64,000 nt of DNA from an uncultured Acidobacteriota bacterium (GCA_913043225.1 CAJWLU010000015.1:1-64000); one strand, 5' to 3'; counted from the first letter of the stretch, positions 47,718 through 56,712 are shown. Program-made: numbers and translations. Notes: generated by a model not told the origin, from the sequence alone.

Positions 47718-48436
47718 TGAGCCGAGTGCTGATAGTTGAGGACGAGGACCACCTCGCGGCTGGGCTCAAGCTGAACCTCGAGGCGGAAGGATACGACGCC
47801 GAGGTCGAAGAAGACGGCCAGGTGGCGTTCGACCGGCTCGTGGCCAGCGGGGGCTTGTTCGACGCGGTGCTACTGGATGTGATGTTGCCCGGGCTCGACG
47901 GATTCGAGGTGGTGCGTCGCTTGCGCGCCGCCGGCCAGTTCGTGCCGGTCATGCTGCTGACTGCCCGTTCGGAGCGGGATGACGTCCTCCGCGGGTTCGA
48001 GGCGGGGGCCGACGACTATCTCCCTAAGCCGTTCGACCTGTCGATTCTACTTGCCCGGCTGCAGGGGCTGCTCAGACGACACACTTGGCTGCGCGGTACC
48101 CACCAGGAAGATGACGGACCGGACCAGTTTGCCTTCGCCGGCAAACTGCTCGACTTTCGTGCCCAGGTGCTGCGCTGGGATGGTGCAGAGCAGCCGCTGA
48201 CTTTGATGGAGGCCACGCTTTTGCGCTATCTGGTGCGGCGGGAGGGCCAGGCGGTGTCGCGGAAGGCGTTGCTCGAAGAAGTGTGGGGGGTACGGGAAGA
48301 CACTGACACCAGGACCGTTGACAATTTCATCGCTCGGCTGCGTCGTTATCTCGAGGCCGAGCCCTCCCACCCTCGGCATCTGCTCACGGTCCGTGGCGTG
48401 GGGTATCGGTTTCTGGCCGAGCCGGACGAGCAGTAG
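47714..48436 (+). CDS. OmpR-family response regulator
   Basis: VEDE, LDVMLP, GADDYLPKPF, winged helix TVRGVGY. Confidence 0.95.
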   Translation: MMSRVLIVEDEDHLAAGLKLNLEAEGYDAEVEEDGQVAFDRLVASGGLFDAVLLDVMLPGLDGFEVVRRLRAAGQFVPVMLLTARSERDDVLRGFEAGADDYLPKPFDLSILLARLQGLLRRHTWLRGTHQEDDGPDQFAFAGKLLDFRAQVLRWDGAEQPLTLMEATLLRYLVRREGQAVSRKALLEEVWGVREDTDTRTVDNFIARLRRYLEAEPSHPRHLLTVRGVGYRFLAEPDEQ

Positions 48437-48439
48437 TAC

Positions 48440-49072
48440 ATGGCGATTGTGAAGAAGCTCCTCGTGGCCGCGCTGGCCCTCGGCATTCTTGGCTACCTGT
48501 TTATCAGCAGCCTCGAAGACACCATCTCCGAGCCGTACTCGCTGGACGGGGCGTCGCTCAGTGGGTGGACACTCGAGGTTGGGGAACCGAGCATGCGGGG
48601 GCTTTCTGTGCTCGGTTTGCGCCCTCCATCGTTACTTCGGGCCAATCTGTTCGATCAGCTGTTCAACCGGACGATGGAGTCGATGACCGGTCCTCCCGAT
48701 GACCTAGTCCCGATCGTGTTGCGGGAGGAGTATCAGCTAGGTCTGGCCGGTCTGTTGAGCCCGAGCGAGCTCCTGCAGCGGGCGCGCACGGCTGGCCTTG
48801 ATCGGCTGACCTTATCGCCCGTCTGCATGGCAGTGAAGAGAGAGCCGTATCAGGGCACGACCCGCCAGTTCTATTTCGTCCTCTTCGAGACGCCAGAGAT
48901 TCAGGGGTTCCGGGCGGAATTGACCGCCCTGGCTGCCGAGCGGGGCGCCTCGGCCGGACTCCTCGACCCTTTCGAGGTGGTGCTGCCGATCGCCGGCTCC
49001 GATCCCGCCTTTACCACCTGGTGGCCGCTGATGGTGGACCGCCAGAACGATTGCCGAGCTGAGATCGGGTGA
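48440..49072 (+). CDS. Membrane-anchored hypothetical protein
   Basis: Long ORF 3 nt after the regulator; N-terminal TM; two Cys. Confidence 0.65.
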   Translation: MAIVKKLLVAALALGILGYLFISSLEDTISEPYSLDGASLSGWTLEVGEPSMRGLSVLGLRPPSLLRANLFDQLFNRTMESMTGPPDDLVPIVLREEYQLGLAGLLSPSELLQRARTAGLDRLTLSPVCMAVKREPYQGTTRQFYFVLFETPEIQGFRAELTALAAERGASAGLLDPFEVVLPIAGSDPAFTTWWPLMVDRQNDCRAEIG

Positions 49073-49193
49073 TGGCTTCGCCGATCCACGGTCAGAAGTT
49101 ATGGACCGCCGACTAACGGGCATAGGTCTTTGAGTCCTCTGCGGCCAATGCCTGGGCGGAGATGCTATTCCTGAAGCCCAAAGCCTGAAGCCG

Positions 49194-49793
49194 ATGTCCA
49201 CAGTACTCCGCGTCTACACCGACTTCGTTTGACCCTGGTGCTACCTCAGTACCGGGCGTATTGAGCGACTGCGGCGGGACCTCGGGCTCGAAGTGGAGTG
49301 GGTGTACTTTCCACTACATCCCGAGACGCCTGAGGAAGGACGTTCGCTCGAATCGCTGTTCGCGGGGCGAGGCTATGACCTCGAAGTGATGCACGAGCGC
49401 ATGGCGACGCTCATGGCAGAGGAAGAGCTGCCCTACGGTCGGCGCACGCATACCTACAACAGCCGCCTGGCTCAGGAGCTGGCGGCTTGGGCGGACGGGG
49501 AGCCTGGTGGCGACGCGTTGCGCGGAGCGCTGTATCGAGCCTACTTTGTTGACGGGCGGAACCTGTCCGACATTGATGTGCTGGTGTCTCTGGCCGAAGC
49601 GGTTGGTCTGCTCGGAAGCCAAGTGCGTCAGATACTGGAGCGCCGGACCATGCGCGAGCTCGTTGACAAGCACTGGTCAACTTCGACCCGCGCTGGCATC
49701 ACCGGTGTGCCGACGTTCGAAGTCGGCGGCTACCGCGCCGTAGGAGCTCAACAAGAGGAAGTGTTGCGTCACTTGGCTTCGATCGCTCCATAG
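49194..49793 (+). CDS. DsbA/FrnE-family oxidoreductase, selenoprotein (Sec13, UPWC)
   Basis: ATG 49194 is in frame with ORF 49293; reads YTDFV-TGA-PWCY; later FPLHP, YNS, GITGVPTF, VGAQ; SECIS-like hairpin. Confidence 0.88.
49245..49265 (+). promoter_or_regulatory. Bacterial SECIS-like hairpin
   Basis: CTCAGTAC-CGGGC-GTATTGAG, an 8-bp stem with a G-rich loop starting 20 nt after TGA 49230-49232. Confidence 0.7.
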
Positions 49794-51019
49794 ACCAACG
49801 TTTTCCACTCTTCGCGGAAGCCGCCACCTCGAGACGGTGAGACGGCAGCCATGATCACGGTCACGATGCCGTGCTCCGGGTCGATCGAGAATCTGGTGCC
49901 GGACGAGCCGTCCCACCAGTACTCGCCCGCTCCGACCGGCCAGCCGTAGGCGCCGGCGTCCAGAATCACGTTGAAGCCGAGTCCCCAGCCCGACCCGGCC
50001 ATGTAGCCGCCGCCGATCGGCATGGCGCGGGCGGGAACGTGGTTCTCGAGCATTAAGGCTACCGTGTTCTCTGAGAGTAGGCGCGTGCCAGCCAGCGAGC
50101 CATGGTTGAGGAACATCTGCGAGAACCGGAGGTAGTCGGTCACCGACGATAGAAGACCAACGCCCCCCTCGATGAGAGACGGACGCTCGGTGAAGGGCAC
50201 CTGCTCGATCGCGTACGGACGTAACTCGCCGGTCTCGCGATCGGGGCGGTAGACCGCGGCCAGTCTGTTCGCGCGTTCCCCGTCCGCCCAGAACACGGTG
50301 TCGGTCATTCCCAGCGGTTCGAAGATGCGCTGCTGGAGAAATTCATCGAAGGGTTGTCCCGACCACACCTCGACGAGGCGTCCCAGTATCGTGGTGGAGA
50401 CGCCATAGCGGAATCGGGTGCCCGGGTCTTCGAACAGTGGCATCGCGGCGACGTTGTTCACCATCGCCTCTAGGTCGATCGAACGCAGCCGCACGTCGTG
50501 GGCCCGGTAGATCGGGCTGCTCCGACTGCCGATGCCGGACGTGTGGGTCAGGAGGTGGCGCACGGTGATATCACTTTGACGAGGCCTGGTCTGTTCGAGG
50601 TTCGGCGAGGAGGCGTCGAGGAACACCCGCTGTTCGGCAAACTGGGGGAGGTAGTCCGAGATGGGGTCGTCCAGCTGGAATGTGCCGTCCTCCCACAGAA
50701 GCATTACCGCCGTACTCGTGATGGAACGGGTCATCGAGTACAGCCGGAAGATTGCGTCCTCGGGCATTGGATCGCCAACTTGCAGGTCGCGCCGGCCCAG
50801 CGCTTCGAAGTAGACCAACTTACCGTGGCGGGCCACCGCGGCCACGACCCCCGCGACGTCGCCCGCGTCGATGTGTTCCTGGAGCGCGGCGGTGGCTGCC
50901 TGAAGTCCTGTCGAGGACATGCCGACCGACTCCGGAGCCGCGCGATCCAGATCCTGCGCGGCGGCCGGTGTCCACCAAACGAGCGCGCTGACGAGCCATG
51001 CCATCTTTCGAAGCTGCAT
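49769..51019 (-). CDS. Exported serine hydrolase (beta-lactamase/EstB family)
   Basis: IFRLYSMTR, LLTHTSG, PG.RFRYG, GG.GL.S, WWDG; converges on and overlaps the DsbA gene. Confidence 0.9.
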   Translation of the reverse strand: MQLRKMAWLVSALVWWTPAAAQDLDRAAPESVGMSSTGLQAATAALQEHIDAGDVAGVVAAVARHGKLVYFEALGRRDLQVGDPMPEDAIFRLYSMTRSITSTAVMLLWEDGTFQLDDPISDYLPQFAEQRVFLDASSPNLEQTRPRQSDITVRHLLTHTSGIGSRSSPIYRAHDVRLRSIDLEAMVNNVAAMPLFEDPGTRFRYGVSTTILGRLVEVWSGQPFDEFLQQRIFEPLGMTDTVFWADGERANRLAAVYRPDRETGELRPYAIEQVPFTERPSLIEGGVGLLSSVTDYLRFSQMFLNHGSLAGTRLLSENTVALMLENHVPARAMPIGGGYMAGSGWGLGFNVILDAGAYGWPVGAGEYWWDGSSGTRFSIDPEHGIVTVIMAAVSPSRGGGFREEWKTLVYGAIEAK

Positions 51020-51084
51020 CGGGGGCTCCTTCCCTCCGGAATATAATCACCTTTTGCGCCATCGTCGAGCGCGGGAGGAGAGCG

Positions 51085-52311
51085 GTGAAACAGGCCTGTA
51101 TGCGATTCGCATGTGCTCTGGTGGTACTCGGTTTACCAGTGTCGGCCGCAGCCCAGGACTGGACCCAGTGGCGGGGCGTCAATCGGGACGGGGCGGTGCA
51201 GAGCTTCGAGGTGCCAGCAACATGGCCTACCGCGCTTGCCGAGCAGTGGACCGTAGACGTGGGTGAAGGCTATGCCTCGCCAATTCTCATCGGTGAAAGT
51301 CTGTACATGTTCAGCCGCCAGGGCGAAGAGGAAGTGATGCAGGCGCTCAACGCCGCCACCGGCCAGACCCGCTGGCGTAGCAGCTATCCCGCCAGCTTTG
51401 AGATGATCGCCGCCACCCGTCGCCACGGTCCAGGCCCGAAGGCGACGCCCGCCTATGCTGACGGTCGTCTGTTTACGTTGGGCATCAGCGGCATCGTGAC
51501 GGCGTTCGACGCCGAGAACGGCGACCAGTTATGGCAGCGGCCGGCCGACGCGGTCGAGCCGCTCTATCACACGGGGCAGTCGCCCATTGTCGACGGCGGT
51601 CAGGTGATCCTGCACGTAGGTGGCCACGATTCGGGGGCGCTTACCTCGTTCGACGTCGAGACGGGCGAGGAAGTCTGGCGCTGGGATGGTGATGGCCCCG
51701 CCTACGGGTCTCCGATCGTGGTCGAGGTCGAAGGCAGCCGCCAGGTCATAACCTTCACCCAGGAGAACTTTGTGGGTGTTTCGGTCGACAGCGGCACCTT
51801 GCTCTGGAGCCGGCCTTATACGACGCAGTCGACGACCACGTCGCAGACCCCTCGGTTGTATCAGGGCGATGTGATCGAGAGCGGCCGTGGCAACGGGATC
51901 ACCAGGTTCCGGGTGGTGCGTGAAGGTAACGCCTGGATCACCGAGGATGTGTGGCACAACGACGAGGTGTCGATGCACATGTCCAACGGCGTGGTGGTAG
52001 ACGGGGTTCTGTTCGGACTGTCCCACCTCAACAGCGGACAGTACTTCGCGCTCGACCTCGACAGCGGCACGCTGCTCTGGACCAGCGACCCCCGGCAGGC
52101 AGACCACGCGTCCATCCTCAATGTGGGCACTACGATCCTGTCGCTCGAGGAGGACGGCGAGCTGCTGGTCGTACCCCACAGCCGGACCGAGTTCGCGCCC
52201 GTTCAACGCTACGAGCTGGCCGATAGCGCCACCTGGACGCTGCCGACGCTCTCTGGCAATCGGTTGTTCGTCAAGGATATTGAGTCGCTGACGCTCTGGA
52301 CTGTCGAGTAG
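51085..52311 (+). CDS. Exported PQQ-like/BamB-like beta-propeller protein
   Basis: SD GGAGGAG; DWTQWRG.NRDG, GYASP, GPKATP, YGSP. Confidence 0.85.
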   Translation: MKQACMRFACALVVLGLPVSAAAQDWTQWRGVNRDGAVQSFEVPATWPTALAEQWTVDVGEGYASPILIGESLYMFSRQGEEEVMQALNAATGQTRWRSSYPASFEMIAATRRHGPGPKATPAYADGRLFTLGISGIVTAFDAENGDQLWQRPADAVEPLYHTGQSPIVDGGQVILHVGGHDSGALTSFDVETGEEVWRWDGDGPAYGSPIVVEVEGSRQVITFTQENFVGVSVDSGTLLWSRPYTTQSTTTSQTPRLYQGDVIESGRGNGITRFRVVREGNAWITEDVWHNDEVSMHMSNGVVVDGVLFGLSHLNSGQYFALDLDSGTLLWTSDPRQADHASILNVGTTILSLEEDGELLVVPHSRTEFAPVQRYELADSATWTLPTLSGNRLFVKDIESLTLWTVE

Positions 52312-52398
52312 AGGATGTCGCCGGGAACATCAGGCCGAGGGCCGGCGTCCTATAGACCATCAATTGCTCCGGCCCACGCAAGGGAGAGAGAACTCAGC

Positions 52399-53058
52399 AT
52401 GTCACTCAGAATCAATAGCACCGCACCAGACTTCATCGCCGAGACCACCCAGGGCACCATCAACTTCCATGAGTGGATCGGAGACGGCTGGGCCATCCTC
52501 TGTTCGCACCCCAAGGATTTCACCCCGGTGTGCACCACCGAACTGGGCACGATGGCCGGCTTGAACGACGAGTTCACCAAGCGCAACTGCAAGATCCTCG
52601 GCATCAGCGTCGACCCGGTCACCAATCACGAGAAGTGGTCGAAGGACATCGAGGCGTCGCAGGGGCACGCGGTGACCTATCCGCTGGTGGGCGACCCAAC
52701 CCTGGCGATCGTCAAGCAGTACGACATGCTGCCCGCTGATGCCGGCGTCACGAGCGAAGGGCGCACCCCTGCCGACAACGCTACCTCCAGGTCTGTCTTC
52801 GTCATCGGACCAGACAAGAAAATCAAGGCGACCATCACCTACCCGATGAGCACCGGGCGGAACTTCGAGGAGATTCTTCGCCTTCTCGACTCCTGCCAGC
52901 TCACCGCGCAGAAGAAGGTAGCCACTCCCGCCAACTGGAAGCAGGGCGAGGATGTGATCATCCTACCGGCCGTTTCGGATGAGGCCGCCAAAGAGGCCTA
53001 CCCGGATGGCTGGAAGTCGCCGCTGCCGTACATCCGCATCGTTCCGCAGCCGAAGTAG
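52399..53058 (+). CDS. 1-Cys peroxiredoxin (Prx6)
   Basis: SHPKDFTPVCTTE, YPMSTGRNF.EILR, ATPANWK. Confidence 0.95.
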   Translation: MSLRINSTAPDFIAETTQGTINFHEWIGDGWAILCSHPKDFTPVCTTELGTMAGLNDEFTKRNCKILGISVDPVTNHEKWSKDIEASQGHAVTYPLVGDPTLAIVKQYDMLPADAGVTSEGRTPADNATSRSVFVIGPDKKIKATITYPMSTGRNFEEILRLLDSCQLTAQKKVATPANWKQGEDVIILPAVSDEAAKEAYPDGWKSPLPYIRIVPQPK

Positions 53059-53154
53059 CGCTGCGACTGGTTGGTGCTGCACCCGGGGGGCGCGAGGCGG
53101 TTGCTTTCTAGGCGTTGTGTCGTTCTGGCCGCCATATACTTGGCGAATAGCGAC

Positions 53155-53270
53155 ATGCTTCTGACTGCTGGACAGCGTCTGGGGTCCTGTGAGGTTGTCG
53201 AGTGCGGTGAGGGAGTGTGGGGCAGGTGTGTTGCGCTCGCGAGACCCTCCGTCGACTGTGACTTTGTCTT
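53155..53270 (+). pseudogene. Degenerate remnant of a Ser/Thr kinase N-terminus
   Basis: MLLTAGQRLGSCEVVE.GEG then, shifted, VGQVCCARETL; resembles the typical M.L..GTRLG.YEI...GAGGMG.VYRARD. Confidence 0.45.
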
Positions 53271-53334
53271 CGCCAATCTGGACCCAGCCCCTGAGACGTG
53301 CTTCGCCCCTTCCTCGACGTAAGCTACAAATCCA

Positions 53335-53817
53335 ATGCCTTCGTTCGACGTCGTCTCTCAGGTTGACCTACAAGAGGTTGGCAACGCCCTGAACCAGGCC
53401 ACGCGCGAGATCGATACGCGCTTTGATTTCAAGGGGAAGAACGCCAAGTTTGAGTTGCTGGATTCGACCATCACGATGCGGGCCCCCGATAAGTTTCAGC
53501 TGGGCCAGATGTACGACATCCTCACCGCCAAACTGGCCGCCCGGAAGGTCAACGTGCTTTGCCTTAAGCGGGACGATCCGCAGGAAAACGTCAGCGACGC
53601 CTGGCAGGTGGTACACGTGCGCCAAGGTATCGAGACCGAACTCGCCAGGCGCCTGGTCAAGGTAGTCAAGCAGGCCAAGCTCAAGGTGCAGGTGGCGATC
53701 CAGGGCGACCAGCTTCGGGTGTCTGGCAAGAAGCGCGACGTTCTGCAAGAGGCGATCACGCTCCTCAAGGAAGAGAAGGTCGACCTGCCCCTCCAGTTCA
53801 TCAACTATCGCGACTAG
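53335..53817 (+). CDS. yajQ: YajQ-family nucleotide/c-di-GMP-binding protein
   Basis: MPSFDVVS.VD.QEV.NA, RFDFKG, QGI, KLKVQ..IQGDQLRVSGKKRD.LQ, LQF.NYRD. Confidence 0.96.
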   Translation: MPSFDVVSQVDLQEVGNALNQATREIDTRFDFKGKNAKFELLDSTITMRAPDKFQLGQMYDILTAKLAARKVNVLCLKRDDPQENVSDAWQVVHVRQGIETELARRLVKVVKQAKLKVQVAIQGDQLRVSGKKRDVLQEAITLLKEEKVDLPLQFINYRD

Positions 53818-53832
53818 CCAGGCGGCGACGTC

Positions 53833-54231
53833 ATGATACAGAGAATAGCCTTGCAGTCCACAAGGGACGAGCGTCTGCTCCCGGATCACGCCGTGGCCTC
53901 GGCCGTCGAGCGCCTCAACAAGAAGGGGCTGGGCGAGGGAGCGCGTCAGGATCTGTTGGCCATCGCGGGGCTCGGCGAGCTGCCGCCCAATCTCAAGCCG
54001 GACGTAATCGTGGCGGATATCCCGGGCCGTATCGCGCAGGTGCTGCGAGTTCTGTGTGTGATCGCCAGCGTTGGCAGCCATTTTTCGAACGCCGAGGTGG
54101 CGGTGATCAAGGAGATTGTCGCTGAGAGGGAGGTGGATTGGAGTCTGGTGACCTGCGCCTTCGACCGCACGTCGTCGGAGTGCGTGGAGGAGCCGCCGGC
54201 TCGATCCCTGTTGCATCCGTTCCTGGTTTGA
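53833..54231 (+). CDS. Hypothetical protein (possibly degenerate)
   Basis: 132-codon ORF filling the gap between yajQ and the NHL gene; no motif recognised. Confidence 0.4.
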   Translation: MIQRIALQSTRDERLLPDHAVASAVERLNKKGLGEGARQDLLAIAGLGELPPNLKPDVIVADIPGRIAQVLRVLCVIASVGSHFSNAEVAVIKEIVAEREVDWSLVTCAFDRTSSECVEEPPARSLLHPFLV

Positions 54232-54266
54232 CAGAGGATCTGGCTCGTTGAGGGGAGAAGCACCGT

Positions 54267-55502
54267 ATGCAGACACGAAGAGAACGCCATGCCGTAGCCG
54301 CGGTGATCTGCCTGGCCCTGGTCGGAGTCGTTGGCTTTGGCGACGCCGTCGTCGACCGGATCCAGGCTGCACAAGGCTCGATGGTCCACGGCCCGATCTT
54401 CGAGGTCGACCCGCTGTGGCCACAGCCGTTGCCTAATCACTGGCTGCTCGGGACGACGATCGGTGTCTCGGTGGATGCGCGTGACCACATTTGGATCATC
54501 CACCGGGGCGATGCGCTGTCTGCGGGCGAGGTGCCGGCCGCGCAGGATCCTCCCGTCGCGGCGGAGTGCTGCTTCCCCGCGCCACCCGTACTCGAGTTCG
54601 ACCAGGATGGTCTCCTGGTCGGTCACTGGGGTGGTCCGGGTGAGGGCTACGAGTGGCCGGTCTCGAACCACGGCATCTTTGTCGACCACATGGACAACGT
54701 GTGGATAGGTGGGAACGGCGGTTTAGACTCGCACCTATTGAAGTTTGACCGGTACGGCAACTTCCTCATGCAGGTCGGGCAGGCCGGCGCCAGGATGACT
54801 GGTCCGGTCAGCGATGTCACCGGTCAGCCGACAGCGGTCGCCGACAGCAACGACACCGAGAGCTTCGGACGCGTGGCTAAGATCTTTGTCGATCCGAAGG
54901 AAAACGAGGCCTACGTCGCCGACGGCTATTTCAACAAGCGGGTCGCCGTGCTCGACGCCGAGACGGGTGCCTTCAAGCGCTTCTGGGGCGCCTATGGCAA
55001 CACGCCCGACGATGCTCCGCTGCCGCGCTACGACCCGAACGCCGAACCGCCGCAGCAGTTCCGAACGCCCGTGCACTGCGCCGACCTGTCAAACGACGGG
55101 CTTGTGTATGTGTGTGACCGGGTGGGCAACCGGATCCAGGTGTTCCAGCGGGACGGGACCTACGTCGAAGAGCTGTTCCTGGCTAAGGATACCCTGGGTG
55201 CTGGGGCGGTCTGGGACGTTGCCTTCTCACGCGACGCCGACCAGAAGTACATATACGTGGCCGATGGCGTGAACGAGAAGGTCTACATCATCGACCGCAA
55301 GGAGATGGAACTCATCTCGAGCTTCGGTGATGGCGGTAGGCAGCCCGGTCAGTTCTACGGTGCCCACAGCATCATGACCGACTCGCACGGCAACATCTAC
55401 GTGACCGAGACCTTCGAAGGAAAGCGGCTGCAGAAGTTCGTCTACAAGGGTGAAGGTTCTATCCGAGCTGGCGACCAGGGCGTGGTGTGGCCGTCGCGGT
55501 AG
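54267..55502 (+). CDS. Exported NHL-repeat (PAL-like) beta-propeller protein
   Basis: FEVDPLWP.PLP..W, SNHGIFVD, VADGYFNKRV, VHC, CDR..NRIQVF; SD GAGGGGAG. Confidence 0.85.
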   Translation: MQTRRERHAVAAVICLALVGVVGFGDAVVDRIQAAQGSMVHGPIFEVDPLWPQPLPNHWLLGTTIGVSVDARDHIWIIHRGDALSAGEVPAAQDPPVAAECCFPAPPVLEFDQDGLLVGHWGGPGEGYEWPVSNHGIFVDHMDNVWIGGNGGLDSHLLKFDRYGNFLMQVGQAGARMTGPVSDVTGQPTAVADSNDTESFGRVAKIFVDPKENEAYVADGYFNKRVAVLDAETGAFKRFWGAYGNTPDDAPLPRYDPNAEPPQQFRTPVHCADLSNDGLVYVCDRVGNRIQVFQRDGTYVEELFLAKDTLGAGAVWDVAFSRDADQKYIYVADGVNEKVYIIDRKEMELISSFGDGGRQPGQFYGAHSIMTDSHGNIYVTETFEGKRLQKFVYKGEGSIRAGDQGVVWPSR

Positions 55503-55557
55503 TGACTGAGCCGCGATGGTGGCGCTGGGCTTCAGCCTATAGGCTTTAGACCGGTTC

Positions 55558-55587
55558 GGGGCCGCGCCGTTGGCGCGGCCCCTTTTT
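55558..55587 (+). terminator. Intrinsic terminator
   Basis: GGGGCCGCGCC-GTT-GGCGCGGCCCC-TTTTT. Confidence 0.85.
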
Positions 55588-55716
55588 CCGTACACGTCCT
55601 GTTACTGGTCGGGACGCAATCGACCAGCAATCTTGGCAATTGGGATTCTCACGTTCCCGACAGCTGCGCTTCCCAAAGCCCTTGGGGCTCGATGTTCTGA
55701 GCTTGAGTGTCCGAGT

Positions 55717-56712
55717 TCAGAACATCGCGATCGGATTCACCGGCGACCCTGTGCCATTCGGGATAGGGAGCGGGGCGATCGTCATCATGAACTCGTAGCG
55801 TTCCCGCTCGGCCGCGGCCGCGGCCAGCGCCTGGAAGTCCGCCCGGTCCAGCACCTGGATGCCCAGGATGGTGAGGGCGAAGTTGTGCAAGGCGAGGCGC
55901 GAGATGTCGCCCTCGGGTTGCGGCATGTAGCCCGGCGTTTCCCACCCCGCGATGGCCACGTCACGCTCCTTAAGCCAAGGGATGACGTGATTGTCCAGGC
56001 CGGCCGCCTCCTGTCCGGTATCGAACGGGCCGAGGGCGTCCTCACGGGCCCATCGTCCCCACCGGACCAGGAACGCGTCGCCGGAGCCCACCCTGACACC
56101 GGTCCGAGCTTCCCAGGCTTCCAGGTCGGCCACGGTGATTCGCGTGCCAGGCTCCAGATAGGCGACGTCCTTCAACCGAGGGATGTCGTAGAGGACCGCG
56201 CGCGTAACCAGGCCGTCCTTGACCGTCATGATGGAGTTCTTGGTCGCCCCTTCCTCCATCGTAACCAGGCCGTCGATATCGTAGCCGTTCCACATCTTGC
56301 CATCGAAGAAGATATGCGCGAATGCGTCGAGGTGCGTTGTGCCCGGCCCGTGGATACAGGGGTAGGCGACCGTGTCGCTCGCGGCCGTCCGAGTAGCTCG
56401 TACCATCGACCACTCGATCGGGCACGGGTTGGCGATGGTAGCGACCTTCTCCGCGTCAGAGGCGAGCGAGACGGTGAAGCCGTCCTCGACCAGCGCTGCT
56501 GCTTCCGCTCGCTTGGTCGGCGTGATCAGGTTAGCCGCGCCGAGCTCATCATCGGGGCCCCAGCGTCCCCAGTTCGACAGCTCTGTTTGCCACTGGTTGT
56601 ACTGGGTCTGGGTGACCAGCGGCGGCATGTTAGCCCGCTGGCCGTGGAGCGAGACGGTAAGCACGCCGGTCAGGGCCGCGACCCAGATCGCCGCGTCGCG
56701 TTGTGTCGTCAT
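55717..56712 (-). CDS. Exported cyclase-family protein (paralog of 27112)
   Basis: [37 protein letters not shown]. Confidence 0.88.
   Translation of the reverse strand: MTTQRDAAIWVAALTGVLTVSLHGQRANMPPLVTQTQYNQWQTELSNWGRWGPDDELGAANLITPTKRAEAAALVEDGFTVSLASDAEKVATIANPCPIEWSMVRATRTAASDTVAYPCIHGPGTTHLDAFAHIFFDGKMWNGYDIDGLVTMEEGATKNSIMTVKDGLVTRAVLYDIPRLKDVAYLEPGTRITVADLEAWEARTGVRVGSGDAFLVRWGRWAREDALGPFDTGQEAAGLDNHVIPWLKERDVAIAGWETPGYMPQPEGDISRLALHNFALTILGIQVLDRADFQALAAAAAERERYEFMMTIAPLPIPNGTGSPVNPIAMF

Noticed and set aside
49171..49192. Heptamer-like repeat CTGAAGC-CCAAAGC-CTGAAGC (similar words near 55528-55548)
   Set aside because: Only 2-3 imperfect units; not an array or CRISPR.
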